DNA of 62,898 nt, filler included, from Rhabdomonas costata (taxonomy: Eukaryota), in the NCBI GenBank assembly GCA_019059605.1. It is 56 parts of 56 records of this genome, joined end to end, with 100 filler letters (N's around TTAATTAATTAA, not from the genome) between each part and the next. Parts side by side here need not be neighbours in the genome. Positions count along the whole stretch, not along the records: positions 47,242 to 48,266 come from JAHMHO010032844.1; positions 48,367 to 49,391 come from JAHMHO010032845.1; positions 49,492 to 50,523 come from JAHMHO010032846.1; positions 50,624 to 51,648 come from JAHMHO010032847.1; positions 51,749 to 52,773 come from JAHMHO010032848.1; positions 52,874 to 53,898 come from JAHMHO010032849.1; positions 53,999 to 55,023 come from JAHMHO010032850.1; positions 55,124 to 56,148 come from JAHMHO010032851.1; 48 more parts are not named here. The stretch is one strand, 5' to 3'. The position numbers and the translations under genes are program-made. Positions 47,415 through 59,653 of this stretch are shown here, one piece after another. The first letter of the stretch is position 1. Each line of letters opens with the position of its first letter. The notes beneath the pieces were generated by a model, which saw nothing but the letters and a program-made list of their open reading frames with translations, made no database searches and had not been told where the DNA came from.

Positions 47415-48971
47415 TGTGTTGGGGTGATACTGCCACTGCACAGCTCAAAAACCTGCTGAGGAAGAACACGCGGACCAAAGGGGTGCACGAGGAAGGGGGG
47501 CGGCAGTTTTTTTTCGAAGGTCTCCTCCAAGGTTAGTCTGAGTTGAATAACTGTGCCGCGCGACGGACGCGCTCGGGCACAGTGAACGGTCACTCAACCC
47601 AGTGCATGCCCGAGCGACTGCGTCTTCTGGGTCTCGGGACAATTTTCTCTTCAGTGATGCAAAGGAAGCAAAAAAAACAGAATGAACAACACGGAAGGGG
47701 GCAGCGGCGGCACGGGGGGCGCTCGTCGACCCAGGTTCGTGCCAGGGTTAAAAAGATTAATAAAAATAGGAATCTCATCTTTATTTACAATTGCCGTTGC
47801 GCGCAGACACAAACTGCCAAACCAGACTTCTGTGTTGTTCACGCTTCAGCAATTTTGGCGAGTTGGGAGTAATTTCGGGTTAAAATCTCGTTGAATCCCT
47901 TTCACAAAGCCTGTTTCTTGGGTAAACGAACCGTTTGCTACGTCTGCAATCGCAATCGGACTGAAGAAGAACGGTCATTAAGCGTTTGGGATCGCCCTTC
48001 CCCACACTCAATTTTGACTGCAACCACCAGTTGGTCCGGAAGCAGCCTCCCCAGGACGAGGTAGTGGTGGTAATGGCTGAAAATGAAGAGCTGGTTTCAC
48101 TTTACTTCACTTCAAACTTTACAAATTAAATCCCAAAGGCACCTTCATCTTGAATTGTTGAATTGTTGCTACCCATTCTGAACCACTGAATTCATAACTC
48201 TGTGCTGAGAAAAAGTGCAACCTGGAAATCTGCAGTTTTTTGTGCAGTTTCGAACCTCCAAAAATTNNNNNNNNNNNNNNNNNNNNNNNNNNNNNNNNNN
48301 NNNNNNNNNNTTAATTAATTAANNNNNNNNNNNNNNNNNNNNNNNNNNNNNNNNNNNNNNNNNNNNTGTGGTTTGTTTCGCGTTGGCTTACATTGGTCAC
48401 CACATGCACTGTATGGAGCAGGGGGGCGGCCCATTGATAATCTTCATGTCGCCCCCCCCCTGCTCCATACAGTGCATGTGGTGACCAATGTAAGCCAACG
48501 CGAAACAAACGAAGTATGGGAGCAAATAATGGAAGAGAGGGGAAGCAGGGTGGGAGTGCAGCAGGCAAGAAAGGTGGCACATTTCCCGGGGTGACAAGCG
48601 AAATGTGTGCAAAGCACTGAATTGGGCGAGCAGCGGAGAGGTGTCAGGGAGAGGTGTCAGGAGAGGCATGCCCTGTTTGGGCGTAGGCCGCGGGGTAGCT
48701 CTGCACGTACGCAGGGAAGGTGGGGAGGTGGGTGACAGCCTGCCTCTTGGCTGGAAGAGAAAAAAGGCAAGGCAAGGCAAGGCAAGGCGGCCCATTCCAC
48801 GTCCACCCACTGAGGGCAGAATGTCAGCAGGGCGAGATGCCCACCGGTTGTGCTTTGGCTTTCTTGAGCACCCAATTTTCTGCAGCGTGCTAAAATGCCA
48901 CGGTGGAAGGATAAACGACCCACGCACCGTCGAACACGAAATACCACTCAGCACGACAAAGCAGCGCACAC

Positions 48972-49092
48972 CTTCGGGGCTGGAACCCAAGCCATCGGCG
49001 GCAGCCGCAGCTGGTCGCCTGGTCTTGGTGTTGTGCTTCGCGAGGTTGACGACCAGCTCCGTGCCGGACACGCAGCGGTCAAACACCACACC
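48972..49092 (-). CDS. RRM C-terminal exon (RBPMS/couch-potato-like)
   Basis: ttccttcag|GVVFDRCVSGTELVVNLAKHNTKTRRP...|gtgtgc; resembles G..FD.....L..E.AK.NTK. Confidence 0.6.
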
Positions 49093-49641
49093 CTGAAGGA
49101 AATGAAAAAGCACAGAGGATCGGATCCGAAGGATCCGAAGGGCGGCGCTAGAGGGGCGATTCAGGATGTCTTCCTGCATTCCAGCAGCGCGAAAACAACA
49201 TGGGATGTCACCAAAGTTGACAGCTTCAATCACCTCACTGGCAGTTTTGGCTGTAGAGGAGGGAGGAGGAGGGTCCGAGGCAGCAAGATCCAAAATGCAT
49301 TTAATTTAACTTAACTCTTGCAAGGATGCAAGTATTGCGTTTTCAGCTCTGATTTAATCGCACATGTTCTTTCGAAAGCAACAAACAAAAANNNNNNNNN
49401 NNNNNNNNNNNNNNNNNNNNNNNNNNNNNNNNNNNTTAATTAATTAANNNNNNNNNNNNNNNNNNNNNNNNNNNNNNNNNNNNNNNNNNNNTACAAAGCA
49501 GGTCGCACTTTGTCTTGCTGGATTTGTCTCTTCAGTCCAAGACACAGGCACAGGAATGCCTGCTCTGGAGCTGCCGCTCCTTGTGGGCCGGCCTTTCTGC
49601 ACTACCGTTGCCAGGTGTATGTGTGTGTGTGTGTATGTGTG

Positions 49642-49714
49642 TGTGTTGTCTAGCACGAACAGCAGCACCGTGAACGCGCCAAAAAACCAACAGGTGTGCA
49701 GAACAAGCAGCACA
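49642..49714 (+). repeat. Dispersed repeat family B, copy 2
   Basis: Near-identical to 15577-15649. Confidence 0.9.
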
Positions 49715-49846
49715 AGGACACGCCACAGCACACCGCGCCAAGGCGCCATGTGTGTGTTGGAAGAAGCAGGTTCAGTAATCGGTCCATTCAGGCAAGATGG
49801 GCCGGGACTTGTTGGGTTCGCTTGCATTTTGTTGAGACGATGGTTT

Positions 49847-49850
<4 letters not shown>

Positions 49851-49888
<38 letters not shown>
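49851..49888. repeat. (TG)n microsatellite
   Basis: Perfect dinucleotide run. Other simple repeats: 32347-32391 (TG), 45625-45662 (AAG/TAG), 55350-55388 (CAAGA), 55650-55698 (CT). Confidence 0.95.
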
Positions 49889-49890
<2 letters not shown>

Positions 49891-50623
49891 GTTTGCGTGT
49901 TTGATGTGTACGGTTGATTTCTGTCCCCGGTCCAACACACAAGAAATTATTTCAGTACGCCCTTGTCACCCCAACCGCCTTACAACGTCTTGCACCACTC
50001 ACGGTCCCGCCTCAAGGCGGGAGCTCCCACTACTCACAACCCCGCCCTTGCTGCCCATGGTTTCCTTGCAGAAGTTGTGATTATCCTGGCATCGGCCTGG
50101 GGTTGAAGCTTGTGTTGGAATGGCTCCACCGTCTTCAGTCCTTCCTGAGAGTGCAAAGCTGCTGTGGTAGTACTCCGTACCCCCGACCCACTGCGTTTTC
50201 AGTGGGTCTCCAGTTGGCTTATGTCTCTTCTCTACCTGACTTGAGCCTTTTACATCGAATGCAAAGAACATACTTCTCGTTGGACTCCTTGGAGGGGCTG
50301 GAGGTTGCAGAAACCTTTTTCTCTTGAAACTCTTCGCACTCTCCTTTTCGACTTGGGGTTGTTGGGGGGTTGAGGGTGCCTAACCTCTTCGCTTTCTTTT
50401 TTCTTTTCAAAGGGCTTCGAGGTGGCTCTGACTCTGCATACAGTTTTTCGTGGAGCCCCCTGTCGCAGCAGGTTTTCGCAATGAGCTTGTGGTGTGCTTC
50501 TACGGGTTCTTGGCCTGCGCAGANNNNNNNNNNNNNNNNNNNNNNNNNNNNNNNNNNNNNNNNNNNNTTAATTAATTAANNNNNNNNNNNNNNNNNNNNN
50601 NNNNNNNNNNNNNNNNNNNNNNN

Positions 50624-51648
50624 TGTTTTTCTGGACTTCATGCTCCAGACGTACCCAACCTCACGCGTCTCTAACTCACTTCGAAGCTCTTGCTCGCCGC
50701 CCCAGTCCGTGGAGGGCATGCCAAGACAAGCTCCCTTGACCACCTCCTGCGCAAGCGGTTTTTTCGCTGGCAGGAAGGGGACATCCTCTGACTGTTGAAG
50801 GACACCGTGCTGGTATGGAGGAATAAAGGCAACCGTCCACGGGCCAAAGTAACCCAGGAAGGCAGCGCAATGGGTGGACCAAGGCCGCCCGGGTAGGGGA
50901 TGCAAAATGCTTTGCTCCCGAGGGACCGTCGACGTCCGCAGGAATCTGCACAATATCCAGGCCCTTTTCCACAAAAGGGACGAGCCCATTGAGCTACCTA
51001 CACCCGTCAGCTGCGAAGTCACCGGGGACGATGCAGACAAGCTGATACACCGACTCGTCCCGGGCACAGCACCCGGACCGTCTGGGATCAGGGCAGAACA
51101 CCTCCACCAGCTAGCCAATAGCACCCTGGGAAACATCCAGGACGAGCTCGTGAGCCTGGTCGCTCAGTTTATCGCAAAGGCCGCTGGAGGTCACTGGCCC
51201 GCAGAGCTCGAGCAATGGTTTGGAGCTGGCCGTCTGGCACCACTGTGAAAGAAGGACGAGGGCATTCGGCCCACTGTTGCGCTCGAGACGCTGCACTTGC
51301 TAGTGTCACACTTTGTGCTTCATCAAGCCGAGGGAGCAATTGCGGACTTTCTCCCCGAGAATCAGCTGTGCTTCACGCCGTGGTCTAGCGGAGCCCATAC
51401 TGCAATCTACACGGTGCGCGAATGGGCCAACGATCTCCGGACACTATGCTGTGCAAGGTGGATCTTCGCAACGCCTTCAATCAGGTCAGTCGCCAGGCCT
51501 GCTGCCAGCCCCTTGCCGACATCGACCCACTGTTGGACGCCTGGTCCCGCTGGTCTCTCTCGGCTGCAGTGCCGATAGTCAGTGGAGGCTTCACTTTTAG
51601 CGCCACCACGGGAGTGCTTCAAGGAGACCCACTGTCACCCCACAACCC
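50624..51648 (+). mobile_element. Non-LTR retrotransposon reverse transcriptase, CRE/SLACS-like, disrupted
   Basis: TAPGPSGIRAEHL...AGRLAPL*KKDEGIRP...ENQL...GA...KVDLRNAFNQVSR...GVLQGDPLSP; stops at 50850 and 51246 and a frameshift near 51430. Confidence 0.9.
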
Positions 51649-51748
51649 NNNNNNNNNNNNNNNNNNNNNNNNNNNNNNNNNNNNNNNNNNNNTTAATTAA
51701 TTAANNNNNNNNNNNNNNNNNNNNNNNNNNNNNNNNNNNNNNNNNNNN

Positions 51749-52260
51749 GGCATCGAGCATAGCGAGATGGCATCCTTACATCAGTAAAGTATTCTGTATT
51801 ACGTGAGGGAGCGTACCGCGCAGCGGGGAGCGACCGAACAACGCATTTAGGAGGGATGACGAGCGTAGCGAGGCATCCCGACATCTACTATTCTTCAACT
51901 AAAGGGGCCCCATGGCATCGAGCATAGCGAGATGGCATGGGGTATCAGCATCTATCCTTACATGTATCTGTGAATGCCCGTAACCGTGAAGCGGTGGAGG
52001 GCATGAACCATCACATTTAGGGAGGAACGACCGGAGGGAGTGACGACCAGCATAAACACAAAATACCCCTTGCATCTAGAATACACCCTTAGAACACGTA
52101 GCATGAGTGCGTAGCGGTCATGCGTAGTAGTACGTGTCCCCAAGTCGAGGAACGTAGGAATCGGAGTATACCCTACGCATAAAAGACATGAAGGCATGGT
52201 CGTAAGGGCATGCCGTAATAGAGGGTAACACGTAAAGGCATCGCAGATAGAAATGCCCTC
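51749..52260. repeat. Cluster of imperfect hairpins with GAGC(G/A)TAGCGA loops
   Basis: Stem-flanked loops at 51755, 51861, 51920 and 52107; a 25-bp direct repeat at 51749 and 51914. Confidence 0.75.
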
Positions 52261-52274
52261 TCACGTCCTAAAAT

Positions 52275-52505
52275 CCCCTCACGTCAAGAAATCCCCACAT
52301 CCCAGAATTCCACACCTCAAGACAGCCCCTTCACTCATTCTAACACATCAAGGCAGTACACTGTAGGACATCACGACACCAACCATCACGTGAACCCCTC
52401 AACTCAAGAAATCCCCACGTGACCTCAAGAAAGCATGAAATACCCCTTCACTCACTCTCACACATCAAGGCAGTACACTGTAGGACATCACCAGCAACCA
52501 TCACC
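52275..52505 (+). repeat. Diverged tandem duplication, period about 118 bp
   Basis: cacatcaaggcagtacactgtaggacatcac is exact at 52344 and 52461; tcaagaaatccccac also occurs twice. Confidence 0.85.
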
Positions 52506-53169
52506 TCACCCTTCGACCCAAAACACCCCTCACGTAAAAACACACCCTCCCTGAAATCCACCATCACCATCACACTTCGAGACACATGCACTGTAGAAGC
52601 ACTGACAACATCCAACACCACCATCGCAACGTCCTGACACCCTGGGCCCAGAAATCCACACGTCGTAAATCCACACGTCAAACAACACGGAAGGCATCGA
52701 GGAACACACACCGTAGCACAAGCACTGGTAGAGAGCATTGTAGCAGAAGGCCTGGAGACAGAAACGCCGCTGGNNNNNNNNNNNNNNNNNNNNNNNNNNN
52801 NNNNNNNNNNNNNNNNNTTAATTAATTAANNNNNNNNNNNNNNNNNNNNNNNNNNNNNNNNNNNNNNNNNNNNTTGCGTCCGAAGTCGGGCGAGTGAACC
52901 TGACGTCTTTCTTGGTCTGGGGTGAAAGTTTCCTGTCTGCTGCTGCAACGGGGCGAGGCGCGCAAGGGTTTTTAGGCTTTTTGCGTCATGCAAAGTGGTA
53001 TGTGAGGCAATCTCTATCTAACTCGGCTTCTTGACCACCTCGGGGTCACCGCGCAAACCAACAGCGGGAACCAACAGGGGAAGTAGGTAAGAGCTTTGCC
53101 CTGATCTCCTGAGATTTCTGCACTGATCTCCTGAGGTGATGCGAGTGAGTGAACGTTAACACATGGCTT

Positions 53170-53350
53170 AGAGGAACGAGCGAACAGCGAGTGACGTCTG
53201 GAGGAACGAGCGTGTAGCTAGTGACAACCTGTGACCGTAACCACCTTATGGTGGTGGAGGAAACCATCATACGGAGGAAGCGTGCGAGTACCCGACTGGT
53301 TAACCGTTGGAGCATGGGAGCGTAGCGACCACGCCACCGCCATAAGGCGG
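53170..53350. repeat. Second cluster of the same hairpin motif families
   Basis: GAGGAACGAGCG..GTGAC at 53171 and 53201; GTAACC..GGTGGA at 53237; TGG-GAGCGTAGCGA-CCA at 53315. Confidence 0.75.
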
Positions 53351-53998
53351 CTACGTTCGAACATCAACCCCTCTTACGTGTCGCCCTCGGCGGGCTCCTC
53401 TTTGCATCCTCTAACACATCGGGTTTAGCTTGGGTTCATCCTTCATCCTTGCATCCTAGCGGTTGAGTAGCGTAGGGTTAGCATCGGCATGACAGTTCAG
53501 CATCTACTGTGCCATTCCCCACTCCATTCTGTCATCCCTACACCCTTTCTGACACCCTACAAATCACCAACCGTCACAGATACGCGTAGAAACAGGAACA
53601 TCAGCAGCCAAGGTACCATCCTTGCAACCCTTCTCACCACACGTTGACAGACACAAGCACCCACTAAACGTAGCATGAAACACCACCTGACACGACCAGG
53701 ACAAGCACTAACACAAGGCATGACAACACAACCCCTCGGACCTAACTGTAACGACGCTTCGACCAACACGACACCACGCTAACCCGTCCCCTCAACACAA
53801 CAAGCCATCATCCTACGCAAGACAACAACAACAGTAACGGTAACGCGAAGCACCAACAACCACAGTAACAGGAACGCGAAGCATAATCCCACACAAACNN
53901 NNNNNNNNNNNNNNNNNNNNNNNNNNNNNNNNNNNNNNNNNNTTAATTAATTAANNNNNNNNNNNNNNNNNNNNNNNNNNNNNNNNNNNNNNNNNNNN

Positions 53999-54233
53999 CC
54001 CCACCGCCATGGCAGCACCCACCCCATGGCGCGACTCAGCCACTGGCTCCTTCTCTCCTTCCTTAGCCTCTGTGCCTCCGCCCGCTCTGCCTGCAGCTCA
54101 CGCTCTTTCTCCAGCTGCTCCATGCGGCGCTTCAGCTCCTGTCCCTTGGCCTCGGCGCGAAGCAGCCGGTACCGCGCCACAGGGTCTTTCTTGGCAACTT
54201 CCCGGATGAACTCCTCGTAGTAGCCACGCCTGT
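53999..54233 (-). CDS. Coiled-coil-containing exon, unknown protein
   Basis: ctccag|..RGYYEEFIREVAKKDPVARYRLLRAEAKGQELKRRMEQLEKERELQAER..; high GC3. Confidence 0.6.
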
Positions 54234-57200
54234 CTGGAGATAGCGCGCAGGGGCGAAAAAAGGGGTGGGGCTTGAATTTGGTGGCGAGGGGTGACATTTG
54301 AGGAGACCACCCACATTTCCTCGGGGAGGAGGTTTTCATTGACCCGCATACTCCGTGCCGGCTTTTGCGGGCCCTTGGCCCTTGGCCCTTGGCTGCGTGA
54401 TGTGTGTTGAACTTGGCCTTGGGATCCAACCGCACCCCATTCGCAAAAGCTAAAAAGATAAAACGCAGGAGGGTAGGAATATCAGAGTGCGTGAGCGTTT
54501 TTGGCGGTCGACTGCACATGAGAAGCGTGTGAGGCCGCCCATGAAGGATCGCCACGAAGCACCCGAATGCCTCTCACTCTGCAATTGTGTGAATGGAATA
54601 TGCAACTTCACTTAGGAGGAAAAGACGTCAGCCGCGGCCCATACATCCCATCGCCGTGCTCATCCCCAAGAGCGCAAATGGCTAGTGCATCGCGCGGGCG
54701 AGTAGGGGCAGCGATGACTATCCTTTTTCCGTTCTCCTGCCTTCTTGGATGCTCCCCCCGGGGCTTTTATTAAAGGAGGCGGGAGAGTGGGAGGTTCCGG
54801 CCTCAACCTGATGCTCACCCATCTGATCGAATGGAGTCATGAAGCTTCCCCTTTCCCCAATGATTCAGACTGGACATTTTCGCGGAGCCCATCATGTTCG
54901 GAGGCCATCGGATTCAATGCAAATCGTTCCGCTAGGCGCAAAGATATACCAAGGACAGCATAAAAATAAGCACATGGCCTGCGGTTACCCCCAGACTTGG
55001 AAAACTGGCATGACCACCACACANNNNNNNNNNNNNNNNNNNNNNNNNNNNNNNNNNNNNNNNNNNNTTAATTAATTAANNNNNNNNNNNNNNNNNNNNN
55101 NNNNNNNNNNNNNNNNNNNNNNNGTGGTGGGTGTGTTTGGTGGGTGGGTGGAGTGGTGGTGTGTGAAGCGGCAGGCCCGGGATTCGAGAGCTCGGGGGGC
55201 AAAAGGGCCTCCCGACTTGGCCCAGTGAGGAGGGCGTGAATCGCCTCCGGGGGATACTCCCGGAATACTGCGGCAGGGCAGTCGTGCAGCACAGTAGCCC
55301 CGATATTCCACTCCGAATGCAGCCACCGCTGCATCGCCTGCATGGCGGCCAAGACAAGACAAGACAAGACAAGACAAGACAAGACAAGTCATGGCCAAAA
55401 AGGAATGAGGGAAAAGCCCTCTTCGAGGGGATTGAGCCCCCTTCCAGGCCTCTATCATTGCGTAAGGTGAGCGTTGCACCAGCGCCGATCTTTCCTGAAC
55501 GCAAAAGTACGCGTCAGAAACCCACCAGACAACACGTCAAGGTTATTCACACACGACAAGAGACCACGGACTGTATTTGCAAAAGGTGCCTGCACCGTGC
55601 CTTCAGGGAATTGGTGAGAAGGGGAAACTGTCTCCCTCTCACTCTGCCTTTCTCTCTCCCCCCCCTCTCTCTCTCTCTGTCTCTCTCTCTCACTCTCTGA
55701 AAGGTGCTGAAGAGCACTAGCAGGGGGAGGTCGGGGTAATTTGCAATTACTCAAGGGAGAGTGCCGATACCAGTTGTGTCCACCAATCTCACCATTTGCC
55801 GTCGGCAGACAGCGATGAATTAAATGAATTAACAGAAGACCGGTGCCATTACCACAAAACACGCAGCAACCTCAGACACGCAGAAGTTTGCGCTGGCGCC
55901 CCTGCCGAAAAGGCGCTCACATTGCCGATACCCCTCCACGATGACCCAGGGTCGCCTGTCTGCCTGTACATGAAAAGGAACTCCAGTCGCGGCAGATGAA
56001 TACAATGCGACAGCCAAAGGTGACGAGAAGAGATTCCAACTGAAACTCTGTGTCTCCTTTTGGCCATGAAAAATTCAACCCCTCCAGCTCATAGACGCAA
56101 CACATGAGAAATTTATCTGCAAAATCAATCAATGCTACACAAAACAAANNNNNNNNNNNNNNNNNNNNNNNNNNNNNNNNNNNNNNNNNNNNTTAATTAA
56201 TTAANNNNNNNNNNNNNNNNNNNNNNNNNNNNNNNNNNNNNNNNNNNNGGGGTGGTGTTTTTGTTCGTGTAAGATATGACGAGAAATTGGCCACACTTTC
56301 TCGTCATATCTTACACGAACAAAATCACCATCCCCACTCATTTGGTTTTGTGTAATGGAGTAATAAGAACAAAACACCGATGTGGAAAGAATTAACGAAC
56401 GTGGAGCTGGAAAAATTTTTTTGGCAAGCATTTGCTGAACAGAAAGAGCATAAAATGACCATCAAGCATTCATGATAGCTCTGCAAGAGCAGGGAGAACT
56501 TCTGTGCACTCACTGTTCCATTTCCATTGTGAAAACAGCTTTGATGTAATTGAGAACTGCACATAAGAATGTCGTGTTCTTAAGATCACTCAATTTTCAA
56601 TTGAAACTGAAAGGCCCTGGGATGCTGGACTTTGGGTGGGGTTCGGTGGGGAAAAATGCGGTGGGTTCTTATCAGGAATCACAAATAGAGTCGACCGGAT
56701 AAATGGGTGATACAACAGCAGAATGGTAGGTCTCTTTCTCGTCTCTGTTGGTGTGCTTGCTCGCACGTGCGCCTGGCGCTCCTCTCCTAACCGTTTTTTT
56801 TAGCTCGTTGAGTGACCACTGACCTGCAGCAAACGATACAGCACAAACAAGAAGCGAAGACTCAAATGCGGCGCATTGCCCAATTCAAACTTCGTTGGAC
56901 GTCGCTGGTGCGCCACCATGTTATTGGGTTGAACCAAAATGATTCTGACTGAGCAACTGTGTGTTTAACTAAGAAGCGGATTGAGTTACCCAAGCCAACA
57001 ATACCCTAGCTTCCTGGATACAGAACGACACCCAGCACAACAAGCAGTGGTCATAAGTGGCCCAAGCCCCTTCTCTTTTTTTAAGCAAACGCGAAGCATG
57101 CAGGGGCATCACCCTCGCCTCAGCCCTGTTTGGTTGTGGTCCGATTTCTAAGCAAACTCTTCCCTTCTTTTATAAGAGCATCCTTGTATGGCTTAGCCCA

Positions 57201-58558
57201 GCACCCCCAGCAGCGAGGGGAGGGGACACCTCACATCCCCAGCTTTGCTCGCTCAAGCGGTATACCAAACACCNNNNNNNNNNNNNNNNNNNNNNNNNNN
57301 NNNNNNNNNNNNNNNNNTTAATTAATTAANNNNNNNNNNNNNNNNNNNNNNNNNNNNNNNNNNNNNNNNNNNNATGGATGTGGAGCTGCGCGAGGACCGA
57401 GTCGTCGACTATGTAGTCAACCGTGCCGATGAACACTGGCCCAGCATCAGCAAGGCTCTCCTGCAAACGGCAAACGGGAAAATAAAAAGATCAACCCGAA
57501 GTGAGTCTTCAAGATCTCTTTAAGACAAGACAGTTATCACTGAAGAGCAAACTATTAACACTTCAGTGACAAGATCCGTCTTTTAGGCACTGATGATGCA
57601 GAAGAATTGATTTCCAAAGCCACAACCATCCCTATCCCCACCCACCACCCCAAAACTGAACTGTCTCCCAACAATGTCGTGAATTGAACGAATAGCTGAT
57701 GTGCTCTTTGAAAAAAAACTGACTCGTCGTCACCCCTACTACCACCCTCACAGCCCAGTGGCAGTGCACGAGTGTGCCAAAGCTGTGGACAGGACCTCCC
57801 TCATAATCCACACCTCGGAAGCGTTGGGCGGGGGGAGAACACGGCTGAAGCGCTCACCCATCGAAGGCCTCCATTCACGGCGCTACCATTGCGACCGTCC
57901 GTTACCGCGAAAAAGAATCAAAACCAGGCAGGGCACATGCAACAACAGCAGGCTGAAAAAGGTTGGGGAAGCAGAACGCAGCTCCGGGTGAACGCAAACC
58001 GCTGCTGTTTTCGTCCATGGAAAACTCCTCGCTCCAGAGCTGCTTCGATGTCCTTCCGTTTCACCTTTCGATCCTTTCGGCTGCGAAGATGTGGTCCTCC
58101 TTTCGGACATCAGATGCAACTCGATTATGTGCACAGCACAACTCTCTCTATGCTCCCAATTTAAGCCAGTTGGATCAAAATGACCCTTGGTAGTTGATGA
58201 ACTGGTGAGCATAATAGGCAGAGGGATGACCCCAATGTGGCAATACTCCCCAGCCGCGCAAGTGCACAGGCAAGCAGACGGCCAGGGCACCCCAAGGGAA
58301 GCGACGGAAAAGGTGAATTGTGCCAGGGCAACGAAAGAAACGTTCACCCGCAATCGGTTGTGCAACACAGTACGCAAAGCCCACCAGCAACTCCAGTGNN
58401 NNNNNNNNNNNNNNNNNNNNNNNNNNNNNNNNNNNNNNNNNNTTAATTAATTAANNNNNNNNNNNNNNNNNNNNNNNNNNNNNNNNNNNNNNNNNNNNGT
58501 TGGTGTGGCCGAGCGAGAGGACCTCCAAATGCTCCATCTCTCCATGGATGCAACCAAG

Positions 58559-59135
58559 GAGCTTGAGCATTTGGAGGTCCTCTCGCTCGGCCGCAACAAC
58601 ATCAAGAAGTTGGAGAACCTGGACTTGCCCAATCTCCGAGAGCTGTGGATATCATACAACAAGATCGAGAAACTTTCCGGGCTTGACAAGCTCAAGAAGC
58701 TGCAAGTGCTGTACATGTCGAACAACCTTGTTTCATCCTGGTGAGAGCCACTTTGCTTTTTGTCACTCAGAAGCCGGTTCGAAACATTGTTGGTCAGGGA
58801 GCGTTACTGGGTAAAAATTCAGTCCAAGGTTCCGAATTTCTTGGTTCATGCGATTTGTTTTAAATGTGATCTGGAGCTCTTGGATATTGTGCTGTGAGAG
58901 TCAGACAAAAAGGTCGTTGCAATGCGCTTTTCTCAGGAGTGAAATTGAGAGGCACCTGACTCAGTTACCAGAGCTGATCGATTTGTGCTTCGTCGGCAAC
59001 CCTCTGGAGAAGGGCATGGACAAAAAGGAGTACCGCATTGGGATGCTGATGAGACTGCCTGGGCTGCAGAAGCTTGACGGAAAGTCCTTTGAGCCCGAGG
59101 AGCGTGAGGAGGCTGAGAAAGCCAAGGAATCATAA
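58559..59135 (+). CDS. DNAL1: Axonemal outer-arm dynein light chain 1 (LRR); exons 58559-58740 and 58937-59135
   Basis: [53 protein letters not shown](W)SEIE...FVGNPLE...YR...[10 protein letters not shown]-stop; splice TG|G in frame. Confidence 0.93.
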
Positions 59136-59653
59136 CGGGAGTGAAGAACAAACCCGCGTGAGGCAAACGTCTTTTGTTGACGCTTCCGGTTGCGCACACG
59201 GTTGGCCGGTCGGTGAGCCGGTCCTTCCGCTCTGACTGTTTCTCTTTCTCGTGCATGGCCCTTCCTGGAACTTGCCCTCCCTTCGCAATCTCTGTGTTTC
59301 ACGTTTTTTTTGTGAATGTTTGTTCGTGATCAAGCCCTTTTTGGTGAAGCTCAGGGGTGCTAGATTGGGACGAGTTTGCCTTTCTCCCCAAATTGCTGGG
59401 GAGAATGTGACAATGGGACTTGCTAAACCTAATTTAGCGGACTCTCCCACCCCGCTCCGCTCTCCAGGAAAGGGCAGCATTCCCAGTCAGCTCAAACATC
59501 GTCACACAGCAACGTTTAAAAACNNNNNNNNNNNNNNNNNNNNNNNNNNNNNNNNNNNNNNNNNNNNTTAATTAATTAANNNNNNNNNNNNNNNNNNNNN
59601 NNNNNNNNNNNNNNNNNNNNNNNTGTTTGTTGTCTGTCTGCCTGCCTGTCTGT

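Noticed and set aside
48371-48510. About 58-bp hairpin resembling a pre-miRNA
   Set aside because: Starts at the contig end with micro-homology at the loop; consistent with self-priming during amplification.
51246-51248. In-frame TGA suggesting stop-codon reassignment
   Set aside because: The same element has a TAA and a frameshift, and the peroxiredoxin ends normally at TGA, so the standard code applies.
52376-52387. GACACCAACCAT, similar to the reverse complement of the kinetoplast minicircle sequence GGGGTTGGTGTA
   Set aside because: Only 9 of 12 match in an A/C-rich tract, and the other conserved blocks are absent.
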